A DNA stretch of 64,000 bases, taken from IMG/VR virus record IMGVR_UViG_3300011116_001227; one strand, 5' to 3'. The position numbers were made by a program, and so were the translations under genes. Source of the DNA: a virus. Its lineage: Duplodnaviria > Caudoviricetes. Shown one piece after another: positions 27,770 through 36,589 of this stretch; position 1 is the stretch's first letter; every line of letters begins with the position of its first letter. The notes below the pieces were generated by a model. That model had not been told where the DNA came from. It made no database searches and saw only the letters and a list, made by a program, of their open reading frames with translations.

Positions 27770-29141
27770 AAAGTTAGAGCTATATGACAATCAGCAGCCG
27801 AGCTCCTGTGAAGAAATTCTGGAGAAGGTTCAGAGACTACGGTTAGCCTAAATCGAAAGACATGGTAATGATCCGACAGCGCCCAACACCAATTTGGTGA
27901 TGATATAGTCCAAACTTCATAAATAAGTGAGCACGTCGGGTGTCGGAACTCAAGCGCGCTGGTTAGTTCAAGGTTTAACTAGCACTGGCAAATATAGCTT
28001 TAGATGTTTTGGCGGAGCAGTAAGACACGACAACTACGATACTGTCGCAGTCGATCCAGATTTTATTATAAAGCCAACAGATGGATTTGGCGATAAGAAT
28101 CTGCTTAGAAAAACTCTTGCGCAAGTAAAACCTGATGCAATTTTGTTGTTTACCGATCCTAGATTTTTTGTTTGGGTCTGGGAAATGCAAGACGAAATTC
28201 AACAAGTATGTCCAATAGCATACTGGCACTTGTGGGACAATCCACCATGGCCAGACTACAACAAGGTTCTATATGAGTCAACTGATCTGATCAATTGCAT
28301 TAATTATCCGACTTATGAGATGGTCAAAGAAAGATTTCCAAATAGAACAAATTATATACCTCACGCAGTTCCAAAAGATCTTTATAAACTCATTTCAAAA
28401 GAGGAGTCAATTCAATTCAAGAAGCGTCTTCTAGGTAATGAAAGAGCTGATCATTTTACTGTGTTGTATGTTTCAAGAAATGCTAGAAGAAAGATGACTG
28501 CTGATATTCTTGTATCTTGGAAGCTATTTCTTAAAGATCTTCAAGAAAAGCACGGTCACACAAAAGCTTCTATAATCATGCACTGTGATCCTCTTGATCA
28601 AGAAGGAACAAATTTACACAGTGTAATTGACATGCTGGGAATTAAAGAAAATACAATCTTTTCAAAGGATAGAATTGGTTTTGAAGACATGCGTGTTCTG
28701 TACAACATGTGTGATACAGTCGTAAATCGTTCTTCTAATGAAGGATTTGGTTTGCCAATTCTCGAAGCAAAGATGTGTGGAAAACCAGTCATATCTATTA
28801 AAACTGGTGGGTTAACACGTCAAGTTGAAGATCACATAACTGGCGAGCAATATGGAATTGGTCTTGATCCAGAAGTAAGCTCTATGGTAGGTAATCTTAT
28901 GATTCCTTACATCTATGAAGACTTTATCTCTCATAAAACTCTTTCTGAAGCTTTTATGAAGATGTATGATTACGGTCCTGAAAAGAGAGAAGAGATTGGT
29001 CAGAGAGCAATGAAGCATGCACACAGAGATTACGATCTTGATGCTGTCGTCGCTGAATGGGACAGGACTTTAATGAATACAATAGAGAACTGGAAAGATC
29101 CAGCCACGAAACCTGCAACATGGGAAATGAAGGTGCTCTGA
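27630..29141 (+). CDS. GT4-like glycosyltransferase, split gene: join(27630..27669,27928..29141), 417 aa
   Basis: GGAGG SD and ATG 27630 give MQKKTILMLSDHP; splicing adds TTG and continues STSGVGTQARW; C-terminal SSNEGFGLPILEAKMCGKPVI. The ORF-track start at 27927 is the intron terminal G. Confidence 0.9.
27670..27927 (+). mobile_element. Group I self-splicing intron (258 nt, no internal ORF)
   Basis: P AATTGCTGGAAA (27705), Q AATCAGCAGCC (27789), R GTTCAGAGACTA (27828), S GATATAGTCC (27902); P3 TTGGGTG/CGCCCAA; P7 GACTA/TAGTC; P1 CATCCGT/GCGGATG with U-G at the 5' splice site; P10 GCTCA/TGAGC; terminal G at 27927. Confidence 0.95.
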
Positions 29142-30325
29142 TGTTTGAAACATTTCTAAATAAAAAGAAGATTTTACTTCGTGCACCAGTTTTAACTCAG
29201 TCTGGATATGGTGTTCATTCAAGACAAATTGCTAGATGGCTCTTAAGCAAAGAGAATCTTGACGTGTATTTTCAAGCGCTGTCTTGGGGCAATACTCCGT
29301 GGATCATTAATAGTGATTTTTGTAATGGCTTGATTGGAAAGATGATGGAAAAAACTGTCGATCCAACAGGACAAAAATACGATGCTACAATACAAGTTCA
29401 GCTTCCTAACGAATGGGACTCAACTTTGTCTTCTGTTAACATAGGAGTATCAGCATTTGTAGAAACTGATATTTGCAATCCAAGCTGGTTGAGAGACTGT
29501 GAAAAAATGACAGCAGTCGTAGTTCCATCAAATCATTGTGTGGATGTCATTAAAAAGACAGGTTCTTTAACATCACATGTACACGTCATTCCCGAGGCAT
29601 ATCCAGACGAGATTAGAGAAAAGAAAAAGACTCGCGTAGACGACATGATTTTTGATACTAATTTTAACTTCTTGTTTGTCGGTCAAATCACAGGAAAAAA
29701 TGCTGAAAATGACAGAAAAAATATTTTCTACACGATCAAGTGGTTCTGTGAAGTCTTTGACAAAGACAAAGATGTAGGTCTTGTAATCAAGACAAACTCT
29801 GGAAGAAATACAAAGATCGACAATCAGATTGTCACAAATATGCTTCGGTCTGTCTTGTCAGAATTGAAAAAGAAGACTGAGCCAAAAATTTACTTAATTC
29901 ATGGTGAAATGTCAGACCAAGAGATGGTTTCTCTATACACACATCCGCAGATAAAAGCGCTTGTTTCTTTAACGAGAGGTGAAGGATATGGTCTTCCTCT
30001 TCTTGAAGCTGCCGCATCCAGTCTTCCAGTTATTGCAACTGGATGGTCTGGCCATCTTGATTTCTTGTCAAAAGGAAAATTTTTAAATATTGATTACAAA
30101 CTAGAGAATGTTCATCCTTCTAGAGTCGACAACATGATATTCATGCAAAACTCAAAATGGGCAAATGTGTCTGAAGAAGACTTTAAGAAGAAAATTCTTA
30201 AGTTTAGAAACTCACATTCTACTCCAAAAGAATGGGCTAAAGAACTAAGCGAAAAGATTTTAGATCAGTATTCTTTTGAGTCGATCAGCAAATTATATGA
30301 CCAAAAAATTGGTAATCTTTTATGA
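29141..30325 (+). CDS. GT4-like glycosyltransferase
   Basis: Likely start ATG 29141 (TGATG overlap); LTQSGYGVHSR, RKNI, SLTRGEGYGLPLLEAAASSLPVIATGWSGHLDFL. Confidence 0.9.
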   Translation: MFETFLNKKKILLRAPVLTQSGYGVHSRQIARWLLSKENLDVYFQALSWGNTPWIINSDFCNGLIGKMMEKTVDPTGQKYDATIQVQLPNEWDSTLSSVNIGVSAFVETDICNPSWLRDCEKMTAVVVPSNHCVDVIKKTGSLTSHVHVIPEAYPDEIREKKKTRVDDMIFDTNFNFLFVGQITGKNAENDRKNIFYTIKWFCEVFDKDKDVGLVIKTNSGRNTKIDNQIVTNMLRSVLSELKKKTEPKIYLIHGEMSDQEMVSLYTHPQIKALVSLTRGEGYGLPLLEAAASSLPVIATGWSGHLDFLSKGKFLNIDYKLENVHPSRVDNMIFMQNSKWANVSEEDFKKKILKFRNSHSTPKEWAKELSEKILDQYSFESISKLYDQKIGNLL

Positions 30326-30609
30326 TATCAACACTGCTGTGTGTTTTATTTGCAAGCTTATTCTCGGTTACGCTTTTTTTACTCGTTAGGACTACAAAGA
30401 ACAGCATTCAACTTCTTGACAAGATTGATGATTTAGAAGAACAGCTAGAAGTTTCTCTGACAATACTAAGAGAGAAGCACAAGCGACTTGAAGCAAAATC
30501 AAAGATAGAAATATTCTTTGATGATCCTGTAGTGAAAGAAGTCGTAAAGGATATTGCAGAATGCAGAGATGTTGTTGAGTCAATTATTAATAATTTTGAG
30601 GTCAAATAG
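30322..30609 (+). CDS. Small membrane-anchored coiled-coil protein
   Basis: N-terminal hydrophobic helix followed by heptads; operon context. Confidence 0.6.
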   Translation: MISTLLCVLFASLFSVTLFLLVRTTKNSIQLLDKIDDLEEQLEVSLTILREKHKRLEAKSKIEIFFDDPVVKEVVKDIAECRDVVESIINNFEVK

Positions 30610-30671
30610 ATCACAATTCAAAACATTGTTTTATTATAAAAAACTGAAATAATTCAATTAATGATAATGTA

Positions 30672-31541
30672 ATGCCTAAAAAGACGATTAAAAAGAAGAC
30701 CAAAAGAATCTCAAAGAAGGCTGCTTCAAGAGAGACTAAATCTCAACAAGTTGTTGAAGTTGATGTAGATCAATACATTGAAGATCAAGTTGTTGCTGAA
30801 GATGAAAAAATTGGACTTCTTGACAATGAAATTGTCACAAGTAAGAAAGAAGAAAAAACAAATCTTAAGCTTTACTTTAATGAAGACACGCATAAAGCAA
30901 TTGTTCAATTTCAGTCAGAACCTCTGAAGAAAGACAGAGATAATCTTTACGTCGAAAAGATAATGCCTGCATTTGAAAAGCTCGTAGAAAATTTAATCAA
31001 TATCTACAAGTTTACCAGTATGCATGACACATATGAAGACTTGAAGGTCGACTGTGTTAATTTTCTTTTTGAAACTATTCATAAATTTGACGAAACAAGA
31101 GGAACAAATGCTTTCTCTTACTTCAATGTTGTCGCAAAAAATTGGCTTATCATCAAGACGAAGCAAAAAGCCCAGAAAATGAAGCGTCTTGTGAGTCTCG
31201 ACGATCCTGACAGCTTGTCGTCTTACGAGACTTGCTTAATAGATGAACACAATTACATACCGTTTAAAGACGGAAACACTGAATTTAGCAATAGAAATGA
31301 TATCGTAAATATGCTTTATGATATTAGAACTAAAGTAAAGTCAGAGAATGAATTGTCTTGCATCAATTCTGTCATCACTATATTTGAGAACATTGACGAT
31401 ATAGATTTGTTAAACAAGAGTGCTGTGTTGCTCTATATGAGAGAGTTATCTGGTCTTACTCCTAAGCAGATGACTACGACAATGCAAGCAATAAAGGGAT
31501 ACTATAAAAAGTTAAAGGTAGAATCTGCAAGATCTCAATAA
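30672..31541 (+). CDS. Phage sigma-factor-like protein (T4 gp55-like, region 2)
   Basis: DLKVDCVNFLFETIHKFDETRGTNAFSYFNVVAKNW resembles sigma region 2 (KFDPxRGxxFSY). Confidence 0.72.
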   Translation: MPKKTIKKKTKRISKKAASRETKSQQVVEVDVDQYIEDQVVAEDEKIGLLDNEIVTSKKEEKTNLKLYFNEDTHKAIVQFQSEPLKKDRDNLYVEKIMPAFEKLVENLINIYKFTSMHDTYEDLKVDCVNFLFETIHKFDETRGTNAFSYFNVVAKNWLIIKTKQKAQKMKRLVSLDDPDSLSSYETCLIDEHNYIPFKDGNTEFSNRNDIVNMLYDIRTKVKSENELSCINSVITIFENIDDIDLLNKSAVLLYMRELSGLTPKQMTTTMQAIKGYYKKLKVESARSQ

Positions 31542-31549
31542 TTCATTTT

Positions 31550-31903
31550 ATGAAATCTATAGAAACAGCAGAATTAATCTTAGAAAAGAAAGTCAAAGAT
31601 TTTTCAGAACTCTTGGACCAAATTGACGGTGTTTCTGACAAGAAAAAGAAACTTTGGCGAGAAATTTATGAGAATTCTATCGCTGATAGACAAAATGCGT
31701 ACGTGTTATTTTCTTCGCTTGTCAAGATTGTAGAGAATGACAGCACAGAACACGCTGTTCATGGAAAGACTCTCTCTACTTACATTGAGAGAATGAGCAA
31801 AGCAAATGATCAATTAATTCGTCTTGCGGAGCTAGTAGCAAAAGCTGAATCTTCTAGCGATGAAATTGATCCCGAGGAGATGTTTAAGAGAATAGGAAAC
31901 TAA
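31550..31903 (+). CDS. Hypothetical helical protein
   Basis: 117-aa ORF between the sigma-like gene and the baseplate genes. Confidence 0.7.
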   Translation: MKSIETAELILEKKVKDFSELLDQIDGVSDKKKKLWREIYENSIADRQNAYVLFSSLVKIVENDSTEHAVHGKTLSTYIERMSKANDQLIRLAELVAKAESSSDEIDPEEMFKRIGN

Positions 31904-31909
31904 TTTTAA

Positions 31910-33445
31910 ATGACTGATCTTTTAGATACACCGAATATTCTTTCTCTAATGGCAGAGGGCAAGGCTGCTAGCGGTGCAGTCTATGCTTCTCCTATCACGC
32001 CAAATCCAACATTTAGAAGAATGGTCGTAATTGAAGTAGTTCTAGATCCAGATCCTAGCTATGTAACGCCAAACAAGATAGAATACTGGAAAAATGTGCT
32101 TGGCGTTTCTAATTCAAAATACGCAGGAATACTTCCTAGAAACACAATTATTGCACAATTTGCTTACAGCAATATTCCTCCCATGTTTGTGTTTCCTTTC
32201 TTTCCTTCACATCTTTCACTTCCTTGTAAAGCTGGAGAATGTGTTTGGGCGGTCATAGAAGATCCAAACAGCAATACACTTGACATGGCTTATTGGATGT
32301 GCAGAATAACAGAACCTCACAATGCTGACGATGTTAATCACACTCACGCACCCAGAGCTTACGATCCTGACTTCTCTGGCGTTGATAAAGTTTCAAAGAG
32401 AGAAAGAGAATTAAACGACGGAAGACTTGATCCTCGTTACGAACTAAGAAATGGCGTAGTAACTTACGACGGAGACTTAAGAAAAAGCAGCAACAATAAA
32501 CGTCTAATCGTCAATACAGACCAAGAAGATATTTTTGAATCATTGACGACATTTTCAGACGCGTCTTTTGTGACGCAATACGAAGCTGTACCAAGATTTA
32601 AAAAGAGGCCGGGCGACGTCGTCTTAGAAGGATCTAATAATTCCTTAATTGTTTTAGGCACTGATAGAGTGTCAGGAAGTTATCAACTCGATCAAAATAA
32701 AATAGAACGTCAAGGAAATCCAGGCCCTAGACCACTGATTCCTCAAACTGATATGCAATTTGATGCAGGGTCGATTGACATTGTTGTCGGCAGGGGACAG
32801 ACAAAAGAAACATTTGGAAGTCAAGCAACAACTACTTCGATCAATGGAGCATCAGTAAACAAAAAAGGACATTCTCTAAGAAATGAATTAGCAAAATCTG
32901 AAGATTCAATAGCACTAGGAGAAGGAGATCCAGATCTCATTAACGATAGAAGCAGAATTCAAATTTCTCAAAAAACTTCTGTTGATTCTAATTTTGGTCT
33001 AGACGTATTTAATCACACAGAGTTTAATATTTCAGACAGCGTAGACGGAGATTCTGCAATAGTCGTAAAAACTGATAAATTAAGATTAATAGCCAGGTCT
33101 GATATTCAAATTATTGTCAAGGGATTTAAAGAAAAAACAAATGCCAAAGGTCAGACGATAAAAGACGAATATCAGGACGACGACGATGATAAATTTGCTG
33201 CAATAGTAATTAAATCAAATGGTGACATCGTCCTCAAGCCGTCAGAAGAAGGCTTCATTAAATTAGGCGACGACGAAGCAGATCGTGCTTTGTTGTGCAC
33301 AGACACAGCAGCAGTTCTACTCAATGGATCAGTCAGCCCAGCAACTCCTGCACTAAGCAATACGATGGGCGGAAGATTTGGTGGAACGGGAATTGCTACA
33401 CAAGGAACTTGGGCAAGCAAAGTTTTAGTGACAGGAGCAAGATGA
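31910..33445 (+). CDS. Putative baseplate hub/spike-associated protein
   Basis: PCKAGECVW (gp5/VgrG OB-fold-like P..GE.VW) and RPGDVVLEGSNNSLIVLG; lies upstream of the gp25-like gene. Confidence 0.5.
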   Translation: MTDLLDTPNILSLMAEGKAASGAVYASPITPNPTFRRMVVIEVVLDPDPSYVTPNKIEYWKNVLGVSNSKYAGILPRNTIIAQFAYSNIPPMFVFPFFPSHLSLPCKAGECVWAVIEDPNSNTLDMAYWMCRITEPHNADDVNHTHAPRAYDPDFSGVDKVSKRERELNDGRLDPRYELRNGVVTYDGDLRKSSNNKRLIVNTDQEDIFESLTTFSDASFVTQYEAVPRFKKRPGDVVLEGSNNSLIVLGTDRVSGSYQLDQNKIERQGNPGPRPLIPQTDMQFDAGSIDIVVGRGQTKETFGSQATTTSINGASVNKKGHSLRNELAKSEDSIALGEGDPDLINDRSRIQISQKTSVDSNFGLDVFNHTEFNISDSVDGDSAIVVKTDKLRLIARSDIQIIVKGFKEKTNAKGQTIKDEYQDDDDDKFAAIVIKSNGDIVLKPSEEGFIKLGDDEADRALLCTDTAAVLLNGSVSPATPALSNTMGGRFGGTGIATQGTWASKVLVTGAR

Positions 33446-33448
33446 CTC

Positions 33449-36031
33449 GTGCCAGGTGTAGCTGAAAATTTAAAAGTCATCAAAGGCGGCAAATTTACAG
33501 AAGAAGGCAAAAAAGCTGTCTTGCAAAGAATTAGAAATGTCTTAACAAAAGGCGCGGAAGGTCTACCCTTTCCGTGCGACTCAGGAAAAAATACAAAAAA
33601 AGTTCCTGCAGATCAAGGTCTACCAGACGACATAGAAGATGAACAAAAATATCCAGAGTTTTGGAGAGACATCATCGGTTCATATGAAGGAATTGCCAAC
33701 GCTCTAAATATACAGGGCAATCACTCGCTTCCTCCTCCATTTGTTGATCCATTTGCTCTTGCTTCAAAATTAGGAAAATATGAGCAAGATCCAAATTTTA
33801 AATTAGACTTCGACATACTCAAGTTACCGACTCTGACTCCTGCGACGCTAGCCATTCTCATGGATGTCAATCCAATAGATCTTCTTTCAAAATTTGCACT
33901 TCCGCCAACTGACAAAGACGCAATAATAAAAATACCAAAGCTACCTCCGTTCGACATAAAACCACCAGTATTAAATCCTGAAATTAATGCCCTATTTCCA
34001 CTGCCAGGATTTGAAGCGTCTTTTTTATTAAAGCCTTTTGCAGATAAATTTGAATACGATTTCTGGAAAGACCCAAGCATCGGTATTCCCAAGGTCTTCT
34101 TGAGTATCTTCAATACAATTCTTAGTAAACCTGCACTTCTTTTTAAATTAATTGCACCAAAACCAGATCTTTGTTTTGCCATAGATGCTGTAGTCAATTC
34201 TAAAATGTTCGGAACGACTGAGCCTGGTGCTGTGGCAAAATCAGCAATAATTCAAGATCAAGCTGCTTACGCAGGATCTTTTATAGCAGTTGGTGCAACA
34301 GCGCTTGCAATCGGAGACGGAGGGCAAGACGGAGCGACAGGTCTTTTAGCTAGAGAATCAAAAATTATTATTGTAAATGCTCCTCAGCCATCTGGATTTG
34401 AGTCGGGCGTCAGGCCTAAAATGGTCAATAGAGTTGTCAAAGCTTTCTTAGGCTCTACAGAACACAGAGATAATGAAAAACAGTGGGGTAATTTGTCTCT
34501 TGATTTTCCCGGATATGGTTTTCCCCACTATGCAGTCGACTCGAGTTATATTCCTGGAGTAGTTCCAACAATTGGATCAGGCGGCGGCGTTGTTACTTCT
34601 TGCGGTCTTCTTCCAGCTCAATGTCTTGACGTTATGCTCGGTTTAGGAAAAAATGGTGTTCCAAACGAAAAAGGAGATAAAAAATTTGATAAAAATATTC
34701 AGGATATATCGGGAATTAACGCTGCTGATAATTTTAAAACAAACTATGTCGACTTAAGTGGACGACCGACAGATACAAAAAGTCTTCCTGCTCCTCTGGG
34801 CAGAGCACAAGAATTAATAAAGAAGGTTCAAGAAGTTAGCATCAACGAATACGCATTCCCGCCATCCACGAAGACAGAAATAGAAAGAGTGTTGAGCATT
34901 CCTACTCTCACGCCGAAGTATGTTGCAAAAGGTCCGATTGGAACTCTTTTGTGGGGAAAATATCTAAGAGCATACATGCCTTCAGGCGGAAGAGACCCGA
35001 AACCAGGAGATATCTACTTTGTCGGTGATGCAAACGGGGGAATTACACACGTAGGAATAATCATAAAAGTTGAACCTCCACCCAATGATCAAAGCTTTGG
35101 AAAAATAATTACAGCAGACGCTGGGCAAGGAGCAGCAGGTCAAAAAGGTAATGCAGACAAAAGACAAGCGGCACTTAATAACGCACTTAGTGATAGCAAA
35201 GCACCTAAAGGACCTGTTAATGCAGGTAATTACGATGCTTGGGAAAGATTGTTATCTTTTCCTAATGATCCCAAAGCGCTTGCTGATATTAACGGAGTTG
35301 TTTACGACGAGGACAGCGGAAAATTTTTAAAGAAGCTTCCTTCAGGCCCCGAAGCCGGCCAAGGTAATCCGTACGCACCCGTGAGCCTTTCCGTACCTTC
35401 GCCGGACCAACAGAAGCTTGCCCAATCTCAGATAGAAGCAGCAAATAATGACCCAGAAGTTAAAAAGTATTCCGCACGAGGATCACAGCAACAGTCTTGT
35501 TATTCTGTTAAAAATTGGTACAGAGGTAATTCAAATGAACCAGGAAGTGCATGGATGATTGGAGATTTTGGTGAAGGCGCAAATAATGTATTAAATACAT
35601 TTAGTTCAGCTATCTCTGATCAATCTGAAGCAAAAAATAAACAGATTCTTAAAAATTTAAAAAACAATTCTGATTTAAAGACTGTGTTGAGATCAATTAA
35701 TGGGTGGATTGATTTAGAGATGGCAATGGATAACATTAACGCTTGCGTTGCTGTCACTCCCTACGACGGCAATCCACCACAATTTTTAGAATATTTTAAT
35801 ACTTGGCTGGAAGCTGCATATGAGAATATGGGAAAAATAACAGCTGCAACGCAAGCTGTGCTTGGTCCACATTTTATTTTTGACGAGAGCAGAAAGACAT
35901 CTAAATTTATCAACAGTAATAATAAAGATGAGAAGCAGCTTGGAGATGTCATTCGTATTTCAAACACTGACGAAGTTGAAGATAGATTTAATTTAATTAA
36001 AGACGTTCGTGCTTTCAAGAAAAACTTTTAA
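33449..36031 (+). CDS. Large virion protein with a putative CHAP/NlpC-P60-like peptidoglycan hydrolase domain
   Basis: TSCG (Cys385) and KPGDIYFV...THVGII (His534); Pro-rich N-terminal third. Confidence 0.55.
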   Translation: MPGVAENLKVIKGGKFTEEGKKAVLQRIRNVLTKGAEGLPFPCDSGKNTKKVPADQGLPDDIEDEQKYPEFWRDIIGSYEGIANALNIQGNHSLPPPFVDPFALASKLGKYEQDPNFKLDFDILKLPTLTPATLAILMDVNPIDLLSKFALPPTDKDAIIKIPKLPPFDIKPPVLNPEINALFPLPGFEASFLLKPFADKFEYDFWKDPSIGIPKVFLSIFNTILSKPALLFKLIAPKPDLCFAIDAVVNSKMFGTTEPGAVAKSAIIQDQAAYAGSFIAVGATALAIGDGGQDGATGLLARESKIIIVNAPQPSGFESGVRPKMVNRVVKAFLGSTEHRDNEKQWGNLSLDFPGYGFPHYAVDSSYIPGVVPTIGSGGGVVTSCGLLPAQCLDVMLGLGKNGVPNEKGDKKFDKNIQDISGINAADNFKTNYVDLSGRPTDTKSLPAPLGRAQELIKKVQEVSINEYAFPPSTKTEIERVLSIPTLTPKYVAKGPIGTLLWGKYLRAYMPSGGRDPKPGDIYFVGDANGGITHVGIIIKVEPPPNDQSFGKIITADAGQGAAGQKGNADKRQAALNNALSDSKAPKGPVNAGNYDAWERLLSFPNDPKALADINGVVYDEDSGKFLKKLPSGPEAGQGNPYAPVSLSVPSPDQQKLAQSQIEAANNDPEVKKYSARGSQQQSCYSVKNWYRGNSNEPGSAWMIGDFGEGANNVLNTFSSAISDQSEAKNKQILKNLKNNSDLKTVLRSINGWIDLEMAMDNINACVAVTPYDGNPPQFLEYFNTWLEAAYENMGKITAATQAVLGPHFIFDESRKTSKFINSNNKDEKQLGDVIRISNTDEVEDRFNLIKDVRAFKKNF

Positions 36032-36073
36032 AAGTTAGTAGAAGCATAATTTTGATGAGTTTATAATTAGACT

Positions 36074-36544
36074 GTGGCGACTTATAGCTTTAAAAGCAGC
36101 GGAAAGACACCTCAGCAGCAAGCTCTTGAAACGCTGAATACTTCTAAAATTCCTTTTGGAATAAAGACACCGATGGCGTTAGCGGGCGCCGGCGAAGGAC
36201 TTCTTGCGATGAACTACAGCATTGCAGACCAGTTTGCTGACAATTTGAGAAATCTTTTGCTCACCAACTGGGGCGAGAGATTAGGTCATTATCAATTTGG
36301 TGCAAATCTTCGTCCGTTGACTACAGAATTTGCAAGCCAAGAAAATTTTGACAATCAGGCTATAGAGAGAATTAGAAATGCTGTGAATGAGTGGATGCCG
36401 TTCGTGACTTTAGGAACGTTTGAGTCTTCTGTGGACAGAACAGAGAACAAGAACACCGCTGTCATCTTAATAAAGATAACTTACAGTATTCCCGCTATTG
36501 AAGTCATAGATAGAGCTCTACAAATTGTTTTATACGTAATATAA
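36074..36544 (+). CDS. Baseplate wedge protein, gp25/GpW-like
   Basis: NLRNLLLTNWGER...FGANL...I.NAVNEWMPFV. Confidence 0.9.
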   Translation: MATYSFKSSGKTPQQQALETLNTSKIPFGIKTPMALAGAGEGLLAMNYSIADQFADNLRNLLLTNWGERLGHYQFGANLRPLTTEFASQENFDNQAIERIRNAVNEWMPFVTLGTFESSVDRTENKNTAVILIKITYSIPAIEVIDRALQIVLYVI

Positions 36545-36589
36545 TGAAGTTCTACTTATTGTCAATACAGGAAGAGGCAGAAAACTGAG

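Noticed and set aside
27927-29141. ORF-track GTG start for the glycosyltransferase
   Set aside because: The G is the intron terminal G. There is no SD, and the protein would lack its N-terminal strand; the spliced model from ATG 27630 explains it better.
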